A DNA stretch of 62,590 nucleotides, the filler included, from Sanchytrium tribonematis (lineage: Eukaryota), in assembly GCA_018985235.1 (NCBI GenBank). It is 7 parts of 7 records of this genome, joined end to end, with 100 filler letters (N's around TTAATTAATTAA, not from the genome) between each part and the next. Parts side by side here need not be neighbours in the genome. Positions count along the whole stretch, not along the records: positions 18,043 to 26,946 come from JADGIG010000354.1; positions 27,047 to 35,892 come from JADGIG010000355.1; 5 more parts are not named here. One strand, given 5' to 3'. Numbering within the stretch: position 1 is the first letter of the stretch; each line of letters opens with the position of its first letter. The translations under genes were made by a program, and so were the position numbers. Below the pieces are notes generated by a model. That model searched no databases, was not told the origin of the DNA, and saw only the letters and a program-made list of their open reading frames with translations. Below are positions 20,106 through 31,979 of the stretch, in pieces.

Positions 20106-22881
20106 ATGCTTCGTTCATTGTTAGTTCTCAAAAGGTCATATATTGAGGCTTCCGATGTATTTGGATACAGGGTTGCTAGAGAATTTAACTTGGCTGATTA
20201 TACCGAGAGTGAACACAACAACAGAGTCAAAAATAGCAATTTGCTAAGACTAGTCTCGGCCTTCCGTCAACATGGCCACAAAGCTGCTAAAATTGATCCC
20301 TTAGATATGACAGCACCCGAAGATGTGAAAGATCTTCATCTTTATAGATACGGATTTGATGAAAAAGACACAACTAAGTTAGACGTAAAAGGAATTTTAC
20401 ATTTAGGTAAGCCAGGTAACCCTTCTCAGGGGCTACCCAAAGCTAGCATTAGAGATATATACAAATATTTAAAATCAATCTATTGCGGGCGTATTGGATA
20501 TGAATTTGCGCATATACCTAATACTTCAGAAAGAAGATGGTTTCAATATATGGTTGAAAGTTTAGAAAAGGCAAAATTTGAAGAAAAAGAAAAACTAAGA
20601 ATTCATAGGATGTTAATTCAAAGTGAAGTTTTTGACCATTTTATGCACAAAAAATTTCCCAATCTAAAGCGCTATGGTCTAGAAGGAGCGGAATCATTTC
20701 TAGTTGCACTCGATTACCTTTTCGAAACTGCTGCATCTTCAGATATTAAGGAAATCATATTATGCACCGCACATCGAGGAAGACTTAACATGCTAGCTGG
20801 TATCCTGAATTTCCCACTTGATGCACTTTTCAGTAAAATTAAGGGAAATTCCGAATTTCCCGAGAAATACAAAGGGTATTATTTGGGTGACGTGATCAGT
20901 CATTTGGCTATTGACACCCGCATCGACCATTACAAAAAGCCTGTAAATGTGTCGCTTCTTCATAATCCTAGTCACTTGGAGGCTGTGAATCCAGTTGCAC
21001 TTGGTAGAACAAGGGGCCGCCAAATGTATATGTTCGAGTCAAAAACGGAGGGAGAGTCTTGTCGACTGGGAGACAAAGCCATGTGTGTACAAGTCCATGG
21101 TGATGCTGCATTTTCTGGTCAGGGAATTATTATGGAATCTTTGGGTGTTTCGAACCTTCCTCATTTCAGCAGTGGTGGATCAGTTCATATCATTGTAAAT
21201 AACCAGATTGGATATACTACACAAGCCGCCAACTATAGAAGCAGTGTCTACTCGAGCGATGTTGGAAAGATGATATCGTGTCCTGTCATACATGTCAACG
21301 GCGATTATCCAGAAGAGGTAGCACTTGCGACAAAAATTGCCTTCGAATATAGAAACAAATTTAGAAAAGATGTGATTCTGGACATAATAAGTTTTCGCAG
21401 ACATGGTCACAATGAGTTGGACGATCCTTCCTTTACTCAGCCAAAGATGTATGAAAAAATAAGGGCTCGAAAAAGTCCACCGATGCTATATGAGGATAAA
21501 TTGCTCAACGAGAAAATTATATCTGAATCAGAGGCTAGTGTAAAACGAAAAGGTATTGAAGATGTTTTAGAAAAGGGTTTTCAGTCGTCGCAACTATATC
21601 AGCCTCAATTTACGATTGGTGATAGTAAATGGAAAAAAATAGCTATACCTACTGAAAATGTCATTTCACCGCAAACAGGAGTCGAAATTTCAATTTTGAA
21701 AAAAGTCGGCTTGCAATCAGTGGCTTGTCCATCAGGGAACATTGTCCACCCCAGATTAAAGAAATTTCATATAGATGAACGAGAAAAAAAAATCAATGCA
21801 AATTTAGGTTTGGATTGGGCAACTGCTGAAGCCATGGCAATTGGTACATTGCTTCTTGAAAAAAACGCAGTCAGAATTAGCGGTCAGGATGTAGGAAGAG
21901 GAACTTTTTCACAAAGGCATTGGATGTTAGTAGACCAGAACACAGAAGCAGTATGGATTCCTCTCAACTTGTTGTCTTCAGAACAAAATTTTTTGGAAGT
22001 TGCTAATAGTAGTCTATCAGAATTTGCCGTGATGGGATTTGAGTTTGGCTTATCTTGGGAAAGTCCAGATAGGCTGTGTATTTGGGAGGCTCAATTTGGT
22101 GATTTTTTTAATGGGGCTCAAATTATTATTGACACATTTATCTCTAGTGGAGAATTGAAATGGTTTAAACAATCGGGTTTAGTGTTGCTTTTACCACACG
22201 GTATGGATGGTACTGGTCCTGAGCACAGTTCTTCAAGAATCGAAAGATTTTTACAAGTATTGCAATCTAATGTAGTTAACAGACGATAAAGTATCCATGT
22301 TGAATCCTTCAAAAAATGATGTTGTAAATATGCATGTTTGTAATGTGACAACTCCCGCTCAATATTTTCATTTATTGAGGAGACAAATGAAAAGAAATTA
22401 TAGAAAGCCTTTAATATTGGCAAGCCCTAAAATATTACTCAGGCATGCAAAATGTACAAGTTTACTCGAAGAAATGGGCCCGGGTACGACTTTTTCACCA
22501 GTTTTAGATGACATTGTACCGAAAGATACCGTTGATACTATTGTATTTTGTTCTGGTAAGATCTATTACGATTTGGTGCAAGAAAGAGAAAAACGCGATA
22601 TGAAAAATTTTGGGTTTATAAGAATCGAAGAATTATGCCCATTTCCTGTCAAAAATATTCAGGCGATGGTATCTCAGTACAAAAATTGCAAAACGATAAA
22701 GTGGGCACAGGAGGAGCATCAAAATCAGGGATGCTGGAATTTTGTTCAGCCTCGCCTAGACTTTACTCTTTCAACTAACGTTATATATGCCGGTAGAGAA
22801 CCCAGTGCATGTCCAGCTACTGGAGTATCTAAATACCACAAGCAGGAAGTAGAGTTAATTTTCAATGAAATCTTTAAATAA
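20106..22881 (+). CDS. DHTKD1: 2-oxoadipate/2-oxoglutarate dehydrogenase E1 (DHTKD1-like), 2 exons
   Basis: KRYGLEGAES, GDVISHL, NPSHLEAVNPVALGRTRGRQ, HGDAAFSGQG, GPEHSSSRIERFLQ. Confidence 0.9.
22257..22275 (+). other. 19-nt intron GTATTGCAATCTAATGTAG
   Basis: Restores the conserved ERFLQ-LTD junction and fuses ORFs 20106-22289 and 22297-22881. Confidence 0.95.
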
Positions 22882-22924
22882 AAAAATTTAAAGCCATTTT
22901 TTTGTTCGCGATTTTTTTGTTAAA

Positions 22925-24190
22925 ATGTCTTCTTTGTTATATCCATCACAAATTAAATCACACCCAGTAGCATCAAGAAAAGTCAAAGTACATGAATCTG
23001 GTGCAATTGCTTGTTTGTCCAATACACTAGTAGTTCTTAAAGCTCCAAGACCAATCTCATTTCAGAAAACTGTCAAAAGCATAGCATGGCATCCTAAACA
23101 GCTTTCTATTTATGCAGGGAACGAAATGGGAGAAGTCACCTTATGGAATCCGACTCATTGGAAAGAAAATCCACAGAAGTACAAACCTCATTCATCAACA
23201 ATTTTATCACTCGATGTAAGTCTAAACTACGATGTTGCCTCTGGAAGTAGCGATAAAAGCATAAAGATCTACAATTGCGATATGCGATATGTTACAACTT
23301 TAAACGGCCACAATAATTGGGTAAGAGAACTTCAGTGGAGAGATCCTTTCACATTGGTATCTGCCAGTGACGATCATACGATAAAGATTTGGGATGTCCG
23401 ATCTAAAAATCATTCTACAATTTCGTTCAAGGGTCACTGCACAGATCTTCAGCTTCATCCCATAGATCAAGTTGTTGGACTAACTCATTCTAGTAATGCC
23501 TCTATCTTTGATTTTAGAACATTAGAAATGATACAGTTGTATCCGCTTGGGTATCAACCTAGGGGTCTGTCATTCAATTCAAGTTACATGACAGTTGCTG
23601 GTCCCTTTTCGTATGAGGTGTTTAATGTTCAAAGTGGTGAGATTAAATTTCATGTTGATGTCGATGAGCAAATTTTCGACGTAGAGTGGAAATTCAACAA
23701 AGCTTACTTTGCGATGGATAAATCGATGCAAGAATGGAATATTCCACTCGAGGACTATCTTGACCTCAACATTTCACCCTTAAATTTAAATGCCGAGGAA
23801 AAAGCTACAACCCCCATCAATCCTCAATTATTACGGCCTAAAAGTCAATTATCTTCAATCAAACAACAACATCCACAGAAGCCAAAAAGTATCAAATCTC
23901 ATGCGGTCAAACAAAATAAAATGCAAGCTGAAAAAATTGGTTTTAAAACAAATTCTAAAATCAAGCCAGCTGCTAAACACAAGTCAAAAGACTCAGTCAG
24001 GAATGCGGAACCGCCTCCAGCAGAAAAGACTGAGCCCAATAAGGCTGAATACATTCTATTGGAGAGGAGTGTAGAGTCACTAACTTCACAAGTTGAAATG
24101 TTAACAAGGACTGTAGACGTGTTGTTGGACAGACTTCAGGTCGTCGAAGGGCGCATTATAGAGGCAGATGAGCAAGTTGATGACGAATAA
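22925..24190 (+). CDS. POC1: POC1 centriolar WD40 protein
   Basis: WD40 repeats (GHNNWVR, SASDDHTIKIWD) plus C-terminal Poc1 coil QVEMLTRTVDVLLDRL. Confidence 0.8.
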   Translation: MSSLLYPSQIKSHPVASRKVKVHESGAIACLSNTLVVLKAPRPISFQKTVKSIAWHPKQLSIYAGNEMGEVTLWNPTHWKENPQKYKPHSSTILSLDVSLNYDVASGSSDKSIKIYNCDMRYVTTLNGHNNWVRELQWRDPFTLVSASDDHTIKIWDVRSKNHSTISFKGHCTDLQLHPIDQVVGLTHSSNASIFDFRTLEMIQLYPLGYQPRGLSFNSSYMTVAGPFSYEVFNVQSGEIKFHVDVDEQIFDVEWKFNKAYFAMDKSMQEWNIPLEDYLDLNISPLNLNAEEKATTPINPQLLRPKSQLSSIKQQHPQKPKSIKSHAVKQNKMQAEKIGFKTNSKIKPAAKHKSKDSVRNAEPPPAEKTEPNKAEYILLERSVESLTSQVEMLTRTVDVLLDRLQVVEGRIIEADEQVDDE

Positions 24191-24192
24191 AT

Positions 24193-24495
24193 TTATTCTT
24201 GCATTTGATCCTCTTCATCATCTGGTTGGGTAAATTGGTCATAAACTGTCTCGGGTAGCAAGTCTTTCATGCAATCTATAGTCGAAAGAACTCGGACAAT
24301 ATCTGAGTCAGTAATGGTTTTTCTATTAGCATTTTCACAAATTTCAGCAGCTTTCATTACAACATATTTTAAATAATATGACAAAACTTGTTGTAAGTAA
24401 ATATTCGTGTTTTTGGTAGTTCTATTGGCATCAGAATGAACAGAAGCAAGGACTTGTTTGACAATTGTATTAATCTGAGATATAGGAAGACTCAT
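24193..24495 (-). CDS. NF-YB/Dpb4-type histone-fold protein
   Basis: LPISQINTIVK...AAEICENANRKTITDSDIVRVL. Confidence 0.75.
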   Translation of the reverse strand: MSLPISQINTIVKQVLASVHSDANRTTKNTNIYLQQVLSYYLKYVVMKAAEICENANRKTITDSDIVRVLSTIDCMKDLLPETVYDQFTQPDDEEDQMQE

Positions 24496-24637
24496 CGTAA
24501 CAAGGAGAATTTGCAATTTCCATTCAAATCTTTAAAACCAGAGCCTTCAAAATAGTCCTCTTTAAGCTTTTTATGAATTGAAAATTATTGTAGTTCACTG
24601 TGTTTACCTTAAGGGGTAATTTCAAACGTCTGTAAAA

Positions 24638-25897
24638 ATGCCAGAGATTTTAACGGAAAGGGAACTCGGATATTATCAGCAATTCGATGATCTTTCCTCC
24701 TTTTCTGACGAATCTGAAAATTCTGAAGATTATAAAGTCGGCGGTTATCATCTAGCATCGCAGCATGACATATTAAATAATCGCTATATAATATTAAAAA
24801 AACTAGGATTTGGCCATTTCTCCATTGTACATCTATGTTATGACAAAATAGGTGACAAATACTGTGCCCTTAAGATTATAAAATCCAGTAAAAATTATAT
24901 TGAAAGTGCTCAAGATGAAATAAAGTTACTAAAACACATCGAGCATGCCAAAACGTCAGGGCATGCGGGATACCATCATGTTATTCACCTATGGAACGAT
25001 TTTGAATTCATAGGACCGCATGGAAGACATCTAGCTTTGTCGTTCGAAGTTAATGGACCCAATCTATTACATTTGATAAGGAGGTACAAACACAAAGGGC
25101 TTCCAACCTATTTGGTTAAACAAATCACATTCCAAGTTCTTTTAGGACTTGATTTTATGCACTCAATTCATTTGATTCACACAGATTTAAAGCCCGAAAA
25201 TGTTCTGATTCAGGTTGATATGCTTGAATTTTGTAAATACTATAGTCTTCCATTTCCACCAGATCTAAATACTCTTGACAAAATTGATATATCGAGTCAA
25301 GAGATTGACAGCAAGTCTTCTCCATTTGTTTTTTCAAAACATTATAGCCCTTATAAATTTGGACACCCTCAAATATTAAAAGTAAAGATAGCAGATCTCG
25401 GTAACGGGTGCTGGGATTTTCATTACTTTACCAACGATATTCAAACTAGACAATACAGAAGTCCAGAAATCATAATTGGTTCTGGTTGGAATGCAAATGT
25501 AGATATTTGGAGTCTGGGATGTATGACATTTGAACTATTAACAGGAGACTTTTTATTTGACCCTCAACCCGGTCGTGGTTATACAAAAGACGATGACCAT
25601 TTGGCTCAAATTTGTGAACTGTTAGGAGGCATACCCTTAGAATTTGCACTATCTGGAAGATTTGCAAATGATTTCTTTACACCCCAGGGAAAGCTACGAA
25701 GAATCAGAAAATTGATGTTCTGGGATCTGTTCAAGGTTCTTTACGAAAAATACCATTTTCCGGTGGAAGAAGCTAAGGGTATCACAGAATTTCTTCTGCC
25801 TATGCTAGCCATCGATCCTAAGCACCGAATATCCGCCAACGAAAGAGTACTCTCAAGATGGTTTGATTCTATTAGAAATGTATCATTTGAGGATTAA
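24638..25897 (+). CDS. SKY1: SR-protein kinase (SRPK/Sky1)
   Basis: EDYKVGGYH, KLGFGHFS, HTDLKPENVL, short spacer, ADLGNGCW, IQTRQYRSPE. Confidence 0.93.
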   Translation: MPEILTERELGYYQQFDDLSSFSDESENSEDYKVGGYHLASQHDILNNRYIILKKLGFGHFSIVHLCYDKIGDKYCALKIIKSSKNYIESAQDEIKLLKHIEHAKTSGHAGYHHVIHLWNDFEFIGPHGRHLALSFEVNGPNLLHLIRRYKHKGLPTYLVKQITFQVLLGLDFMHSIHLIHTDLKPENVLIQVDMLEFCKYYSLPFPPDLNTLDKIDISSQEIDSKSSPFVFSKHYSPYKFGHPQILKVKIADLGNGCWDFHYFTNDIQTRQYRSPEIIIGSGWNANVDIWSLGCMTFELLTGDFLFDPQPGRGYTKDDDHLAQICELLGGIPLEFALSGRFANDFFTPQGKLRRIRKLMFWDLFKVLYEKYHFPVEEAKGITEFLLPMLAIDPKHRISANERVLSRWFDSIRNVSFED

Positions 25898-25984
25898 ATT
25901 TAAGCATAAAATCTTTGAATTTGCAATAAATAATGCGCTATTTTTCAAGGAGAAGATTTCAAACATTTCTGAATTTTTTTCGCA

Positions 25985-26946
25985 ATGGAAAACGATTCCC
26001 TAGAACGAAATAATTCCATACCTTCGTTAAGAAGATCATTTTTTAGCAGGGAAAATCTAGCTGCACCTGGAGATGTGCCACAATTTAGCCAAGATGTAAA
26101 AGATTATGAATTGCAAACTATAATTGGTTATGGAAGTAGCGCAATTGTTTATCAAAGCATTTATCGTCCTTTAAATCGCAAAGTGGCGGTCAAAGAAATT
26201 GATCTCGATTTATTTGAACGAGATCAGATTGGAGAAATGAGAAGGGAAACGCAAGTAATGGCGTTATGTCGTCATCCTAATGTTTTACGAGTTTTTGCAT
26301 CATTTGTATCAGGATCAAAATTATACATAATAACTCCATTGTTGAGTGGTGGGAGTTGTCTTGATATTATGAGGATTGCACATCCAGATGGGTTTGAGGA
26401 AACAACGGTAGCTACGATTTTGAGACAAGTGCTTATGGGTCTCGAGTATCTTCATAAGAATGGACATATACATCGTGATATCAAGGCTGGAAATGTTTTA
26501 ATTGATGATGACGGAACTGTTCTACTAGGAGATTTAGGTGTCACCGCTTCATTGGAAGTCGATAGGAAGCAGTCTAGAAAGACATTTGTGGGGACACCGT
26601 GCTGGATGGCTCCTGAGGTCATGCAGCAGTTGCCTTACGACTTCAAGGCCGATATTTGGTCGTTCGGTATTCTGGCTTTAGAGTTGGCATATGGACAAGC
26701 CCCTTTTGCTAAATATCCTCCCATCAAAATTGTCATGATGGTAATCAACAATGATCCGCCTGTTCTAGACAGAGATTCCACAAAGCACAAATACGGTAAG
26801 CAATTCAAAGAAATGATAGATTTATGCCTTCAGAAAGATCCATCTAGGAGACCAACTGCTGAGAAATTACTTCATCATCATTTTTTTAGGCAATCAAAAA
26901 GGAAGCAGTATTTAGTCAACAATTTAATATCCTTAATTCCTCCAGG
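25985..26946 (+). CDS. STE20-family kinase (OSR1/SPAK/Fray-like), 3' truncated
   Basis: IGYGSSA.V, GGSCLDIM, HIHRDIKAGN, TFVGTPCWMAPEV, APFAKYPP.K. Confidence 0.9.
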
Positions 26947-27046
26947 NNNNNNNNNNNNNNNNNNNNNNNNNNNNNNNNNNNNNNNNNNNNTTAATTAATT
27001 AANNNNNNNNNNNNNNNNNNNNNNNNNNNNNNNNNNNNNNNNNNNN
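26947..27046. other. Artificial contig linker
   Basis: N44-TTAATTAATTAA-N44. Confidence 0.99.
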
Positions 27047-27967
27047 ATTAATGAAATCTCTACATTTAGAGAAGAAGATAGTCCTCTCAAATTTAAAGTG
27101 GCTGTCGTTTGGCCTACACATTCGAATTTGGAACCTGTAATGCTTTGAGCATCCCATTTTAAGGGTGAAATTGTTAAAGACCAGTAATTGGCCAATGATT
27201 TACTGATGATGTTTTCAGCGCTGCCAGAGTCTAGCAAAGCTGTTGTTTGACCATTACCGTTAATTCCAATTGGTAATTGTGGTCTTCCATCAATCACTGC
27301 TACTTGTGATTTCCTGTTTTTAGGGTGCAACTGTGGGTGCAATACCAAGCATTTTTCTTCAGGGTGATTTTTATGCGGGGATTCTTTGAGTCATTTGGGG
27401 GTCCGCTGGAGAATTATTTTTTCGCTTTTGATTGACTTGTTCGGAAAGTAATTTCATATTTTCTTCCGCTCTTTGAGCAGTAGAGAAAGCATCAGACAAA
27501 TTTGACACATTTTGCAAATTTGCAAATGATTGAATATCTTTTAATTTACCATCCAAGAAGAAGTTCATTTGGTCACGCCCACTCAATTTGTCATCTGCAG
27601 AGGGTGTTAGGAAGTTGCAACATTTTACATTTTGTTTAAATCGGTAAAAATAGATATCAACCGATTCTTCTTGCATTTGCTTTAAGCGGCGAAATTTGCC
27701 AAAAAATTTGCGATGTGCATCAGCACCAACAAAAATGTCTTGCAGCTTTTGCACAGCCTCCGTAGCGGACTGATATGGCAAAAATTCAATATAGGTCTGC
27801 AAAGTAACACCACCAAGAGCGCGTTTGAGCTGTACACAACCGATTGACTCTGGATCATCAGTGGTTGCTTCATTTTTCCACTTGCAAGTTGCCATGTGGC
27901 TTTCAAACTCCTTTCTGAAAAACACAAAGTTCTCACTAGGGGTGCCAAAATATTTTTTCATACTCAA
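27047..27967 (-). mobile_element. LTR retrotransposon gag-protease remnant (Ty3/gypsy-like)
   Basis: Gag-like FRRLKQ...ESVD.Y..RF; aspartic protease ALLDSGSAENII; frameshift between the two parts. Confidence 0.8.
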
Positions 27968-28214
27968 CTTATCCTCCTAATTGGGACACGTAAATTTAAC
28001 GTCAGCGTTTTCGTATTTTGATTTCTGAAACATTTGAATTCAAAATGTCGTAACCGGATTTATTGATGTGTCCTTTTATGAACTATGCAAGTACTTCTAA
28101 TAAATATGAATCCAATGGAATCCTCCTTGGGGAATCACGGCTTTCTTGTCCAAAGTGACATTGACCATGTGACATACCGATTTCAAATCAAAACCATCCA
28201 ACCCCAATCTGCCA

Positions 28215-29280
28215 AGTTTAAAATCCATAAATATTGACCATTGTAATATACGCGGAATACAAAACAAAACAGTATTTATTCATGATTATCTCTTAAAATA
28301 TGACATAGATATATTGATATTGCAAGAAACTCAAGTACATAAAAACTTGGAAAACACACCTATTTATAAATACTTCAATAACCGCAGACAAATTGGGAGT
28401 GGACACTACGAGACCGCAATCTGCCTCCACCCCAAATATGATAGAAATTGGATGTCAGTCATTGTACACGACAATATCTGTGTCTGTATTCAACTAAAAG
28501 ACTTTAGAATTTTATCCCTTTATTTACCCAATGATGACAAATTATTTCGCAAATATAAACACCTCTTCAATTCTTCAACAATTATGATGGGTGATATAAA
28601 TAGTCAACTTATTAATCCACGCACCCCGGAAGAATTTGGAGTAAGAGAAGAAATCTATTCATTGCATTTATTGCCAATGCTTCATAATGCCCAATATACC
28701 CACAAAAAAAGCTATTAAAATCCCAGCAACCCAGATAAATAACCTCGGGACATCAACAATCGATTATGTTTTATAAAACTCAAATAAATCACCTTAGAAC
28801 CCATCAACACCATTTTTGACCCAATTGAAAAGGGTATAAGCGATCATGCTATTTTAAGTGCCAGCGTAAATTGTACACAATCACCTGCTTTTACCAAAAC
28901 AATCACGTCGTCGAGTCCATTTACTTTCCAGTGACACCTCCAATTCTTTTCAATTTGCAAATAAACTAGAGGCCAAACTCGTCTTACACTCTTATGAGCT
29001 TGAATACCATCACTATAATTGGGTCGACTCAAACAACCAACATAGAAATTCCATTCCCCTACAACAAAGCCAGTGGTTCGGATGGAATCCATTATAAACA
29101 CTTGAAAAATGGCGTTAAGCATGGCATCAATGGAACTTTGCTGAAGATTCTACTTCAGCTCGTTAACACTATCTTATCAACAGGAATAGTCCCCTTTATT
29201 TTTTAAATATCTAAAATAATCCCGATCTTCAAAAACAAGGGCGATTATCTAAACATCAAATTTTATAGGCCCATTACAAT
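28215..29280 (+). mobile_element. Degenerate LINE: APE endonuclease and start of RT
   Basis: CNIRGI, ILQET, MGDIN, IDYVF, SDH, then KASGSDGI; several stops and frameshifts. Confidence 0.8.
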
Positions 29281-29284
29281 ATCG

Positions 29285-29600
29285 TTTATAAAAAATCAAT
29301 TTCATCAAAAACGCGTCATGTGCACTTGGGATAATTTCATCTAGTAAATTATATGTTGAAACTCTATCACACTTGTCAAATGCACATGAGCAGTCATATT
29401 TCTTAATAACATAGTCATCTCGTTGATCTATGGGAATCCTCTTAATAAATTCATTCATATCAAATGCACAATAGTGGTAGGAAGTACCTGCTTTATACGC
29501 ATATGAGTATTCACTGGTTTGGAAACATGATTTATTCTCTACCAATTTAAATAGATGTCTCAAAAGTCCCATTGGACGTGCTTTTAAAATCTGGGGATTA
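29285..29600 (-). mobile_element. LINE RT fragment of the same family as 57230-59392
   Basis: RPMGLLRHLFKLVE..YAYKAG..KKYDCSCAFD versus RYLGMTSHLKKMME..YGYKKG..KKYDQRAAFD. Confidence 0.8.
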
Positions 29601-29659
29601 TTTTGTAACTTGGGGATTGGTGCAATCAATGTCAAAAGAAGATCATTTGGAATGTTCAA

Positions 29660-31917
29660 ATTAAGCTGCATCAGTAAAAAGAACGATCAAATTCGTCTTG
29701 TTATTGATTGTAGACCTTTAAACAATATTACTATAAAATACAAACTACCAAATGCCGCATATAAACTATTTATTGGCGATGCTACAGTGTGCAATAATCT
29801 TCTCATCTCTTGATTTGATGTCAGGCTATAATCAAATTTGAATCGCAATGGATTCTTTGAAGTATTCTTGTATTGCCCTACCTTGGGGTATTTATCGATT
29901 CAAACAAATGTATTTTGGTCTCACTAATGCATTTTTCACATTTCAATCAATGATGAATTCTCTTCATGGACATTTAAAATTTGTCCTGGTGTACTTGGAC
30001 GATGTTCTGATATTTAGTTAAACACTAGAAAATAACCCTGTTATTTTTATTCAAATTTGGTCAAGATATGCGACTCTTAAAAAAGAATGTTACGCTATTG
30101 TGAGTGCATTAGTTCATCTCCGATACATGCTTTTTGGTACAGAAATGGAATTTCAATAAACTGGATAGCCCGCGTGTGATGCGATGGAAATCCATTATTG
30201 AGAAATTTAACGTCAATATGAGCCCAATCAAAGGCTCTTCAAACAGATCGGATTATATGAGTAGACCTCCTAATGAATCTTTACCAGTATTATCAATTAT
30301 TGCTGTTAATTATCCCTTACAACTAAATTTCCTTAAAAGATGTCAAGATAATGACAAAGATTTTAATATTGTTCTAAAACATATGTTTAAACCCAGCAAT
30401 AAATGGCTTACAAAATATCAAAAATTAATTGCACCAAATGCATACATTCATAAAATTGAAGGCATTGAATTATTATGTCAATCTCGTGAAGATGATTCAA
30501 AACAAATATTAGTACCTCTAATGTAGATAAGATGTTTGGTGGAAGTGTGCTAATTGGGATATCCTCAAATTCCTCACCATCATATTTCTCACTTAAGGAA
30601 ATAGGTGTTTTACTCTGTTGTTGAGGTGTTAGAGTACCATTGTCTCCATTGGAAGTTCTTTGTTTCTCTCCTGTTTCAGTTGATTTTAAATCACTCGCTA
30701 CCATCTAAATGTAGATAAGATCTTTATTGGGAACTTTGGCTCTATTTAAGCAATTAGAACCTTCTAGAAATTCCCTTATCTTTCAATTGATAACACATCC
30801 GTGTTACAGTACCAAATTGTGTTAAACTAAATGTTCTCTCAGGTTATATGAAATTATATTACACCCTTTCAACTTATAATTATTGGCCGTATCTGAAAGA
30901 TGATTGTCAAAAACATACAAATCGTTGCAACACTTGTAAATAAATCAAACCTGTCCATCATGAATATGGCGTGTTTGAAGATCGATTGAATCCTCCAAAA
31001 ATGCCATTTGAACAAATCAGTGTTGATTTAACAGGCCCCTTACACCTTGTGACATAGACGGAATCGAATATATTTATTCACTAAATGTTATTTGCAATTT
31101 TTCAAAATTTGTAATTTTAATACCATTAACATCCTTGACTGCCAAAGAGCTGTGTAATGCATTTGATAAAAAAGGATTGTGTGTTTACACGTTGAGTGAC
31201 AATGGATCTAATTTAACCAGTTTTGAATATCGAGAATTATTGTTATCATATGGAATTAAACAAAGTACCACCAATGTGGCGAACCCACAAGGTATATCAT
31301 TTATTGAGAGAATGTATGGCTCAATGCAAACTATGATGAAACTCGAAGCGGACACTGAATGGGCTCATGCTATATCGTCAATTCAGTGGGCAATTAACTC
31401 TACCTAATATGAACCCCGCGGAAGTGATATTTCACACACCAAAAAATCAGGTTCCACCAAATTATACTGAGATTCCACTACGCCAGCAGAAACAAAGATC
31501 AAAGGATTTAAAACGCAAAAATGAACGTAGAATCAAACACAACTACAAAGTTGGCGATTCAATCTTTCTAAAAAATGAAAAGAGAAAGCATAAATTAGAC
31601 AAACTTTATCTAGAACCGTATCCTATTGTTAAAGTGTTTCCAGAAGCAAATAATATATTAATCTACAAAGATGGTATATTTACGAATAAATTATCGTAAG
31701 GTTATCCCTGAAACTGGAACTACCAATTTTGCCATAAAAAAGAGAAAGGGTAGAATGTCACGAACGTGACACAACAGTACACATCATTACAATAGTTGCA
31801 CAACTGCACAAGATCTACAAAGGATCTGCTCAGTAGTGTAACCTTCTACAACATAAAAGCACACAACGCTTCAATAAATAACTTTCATCTACCTAGGTTA
31901 TGTTAGTGTCGCCTACA
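29660..31917 (+). mobile_element. Degenerate Ty3/gypsy pol (RT, RNase H, integrase) with PPT and 3' LTR
   Basis: RLVIDCRPLN, VYLDDVL (about 29990), RW.....F..IKGSSN..DYMSR, WP.L..C..C zinc finger, SDNGSN and ERM integrase motifs, LY.EPY. Confidence 0.85.
31756..31917 (+). repeat. Putative short 3' LTR (about 162 bp, TG...CA)
   Basis: Follows polypurine tract 31736-31755 directly; starts TGTCA, contains AATAAA; 3' boundary (..CCTACA) is inferred. Confidence 0.55.
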
Positions 31918-31979
31918 TAAATACAGTGCGGGCCACCAAGGCGCTTTAATTTTTGAAAATGGCCTACTTTGTCGCGAAT

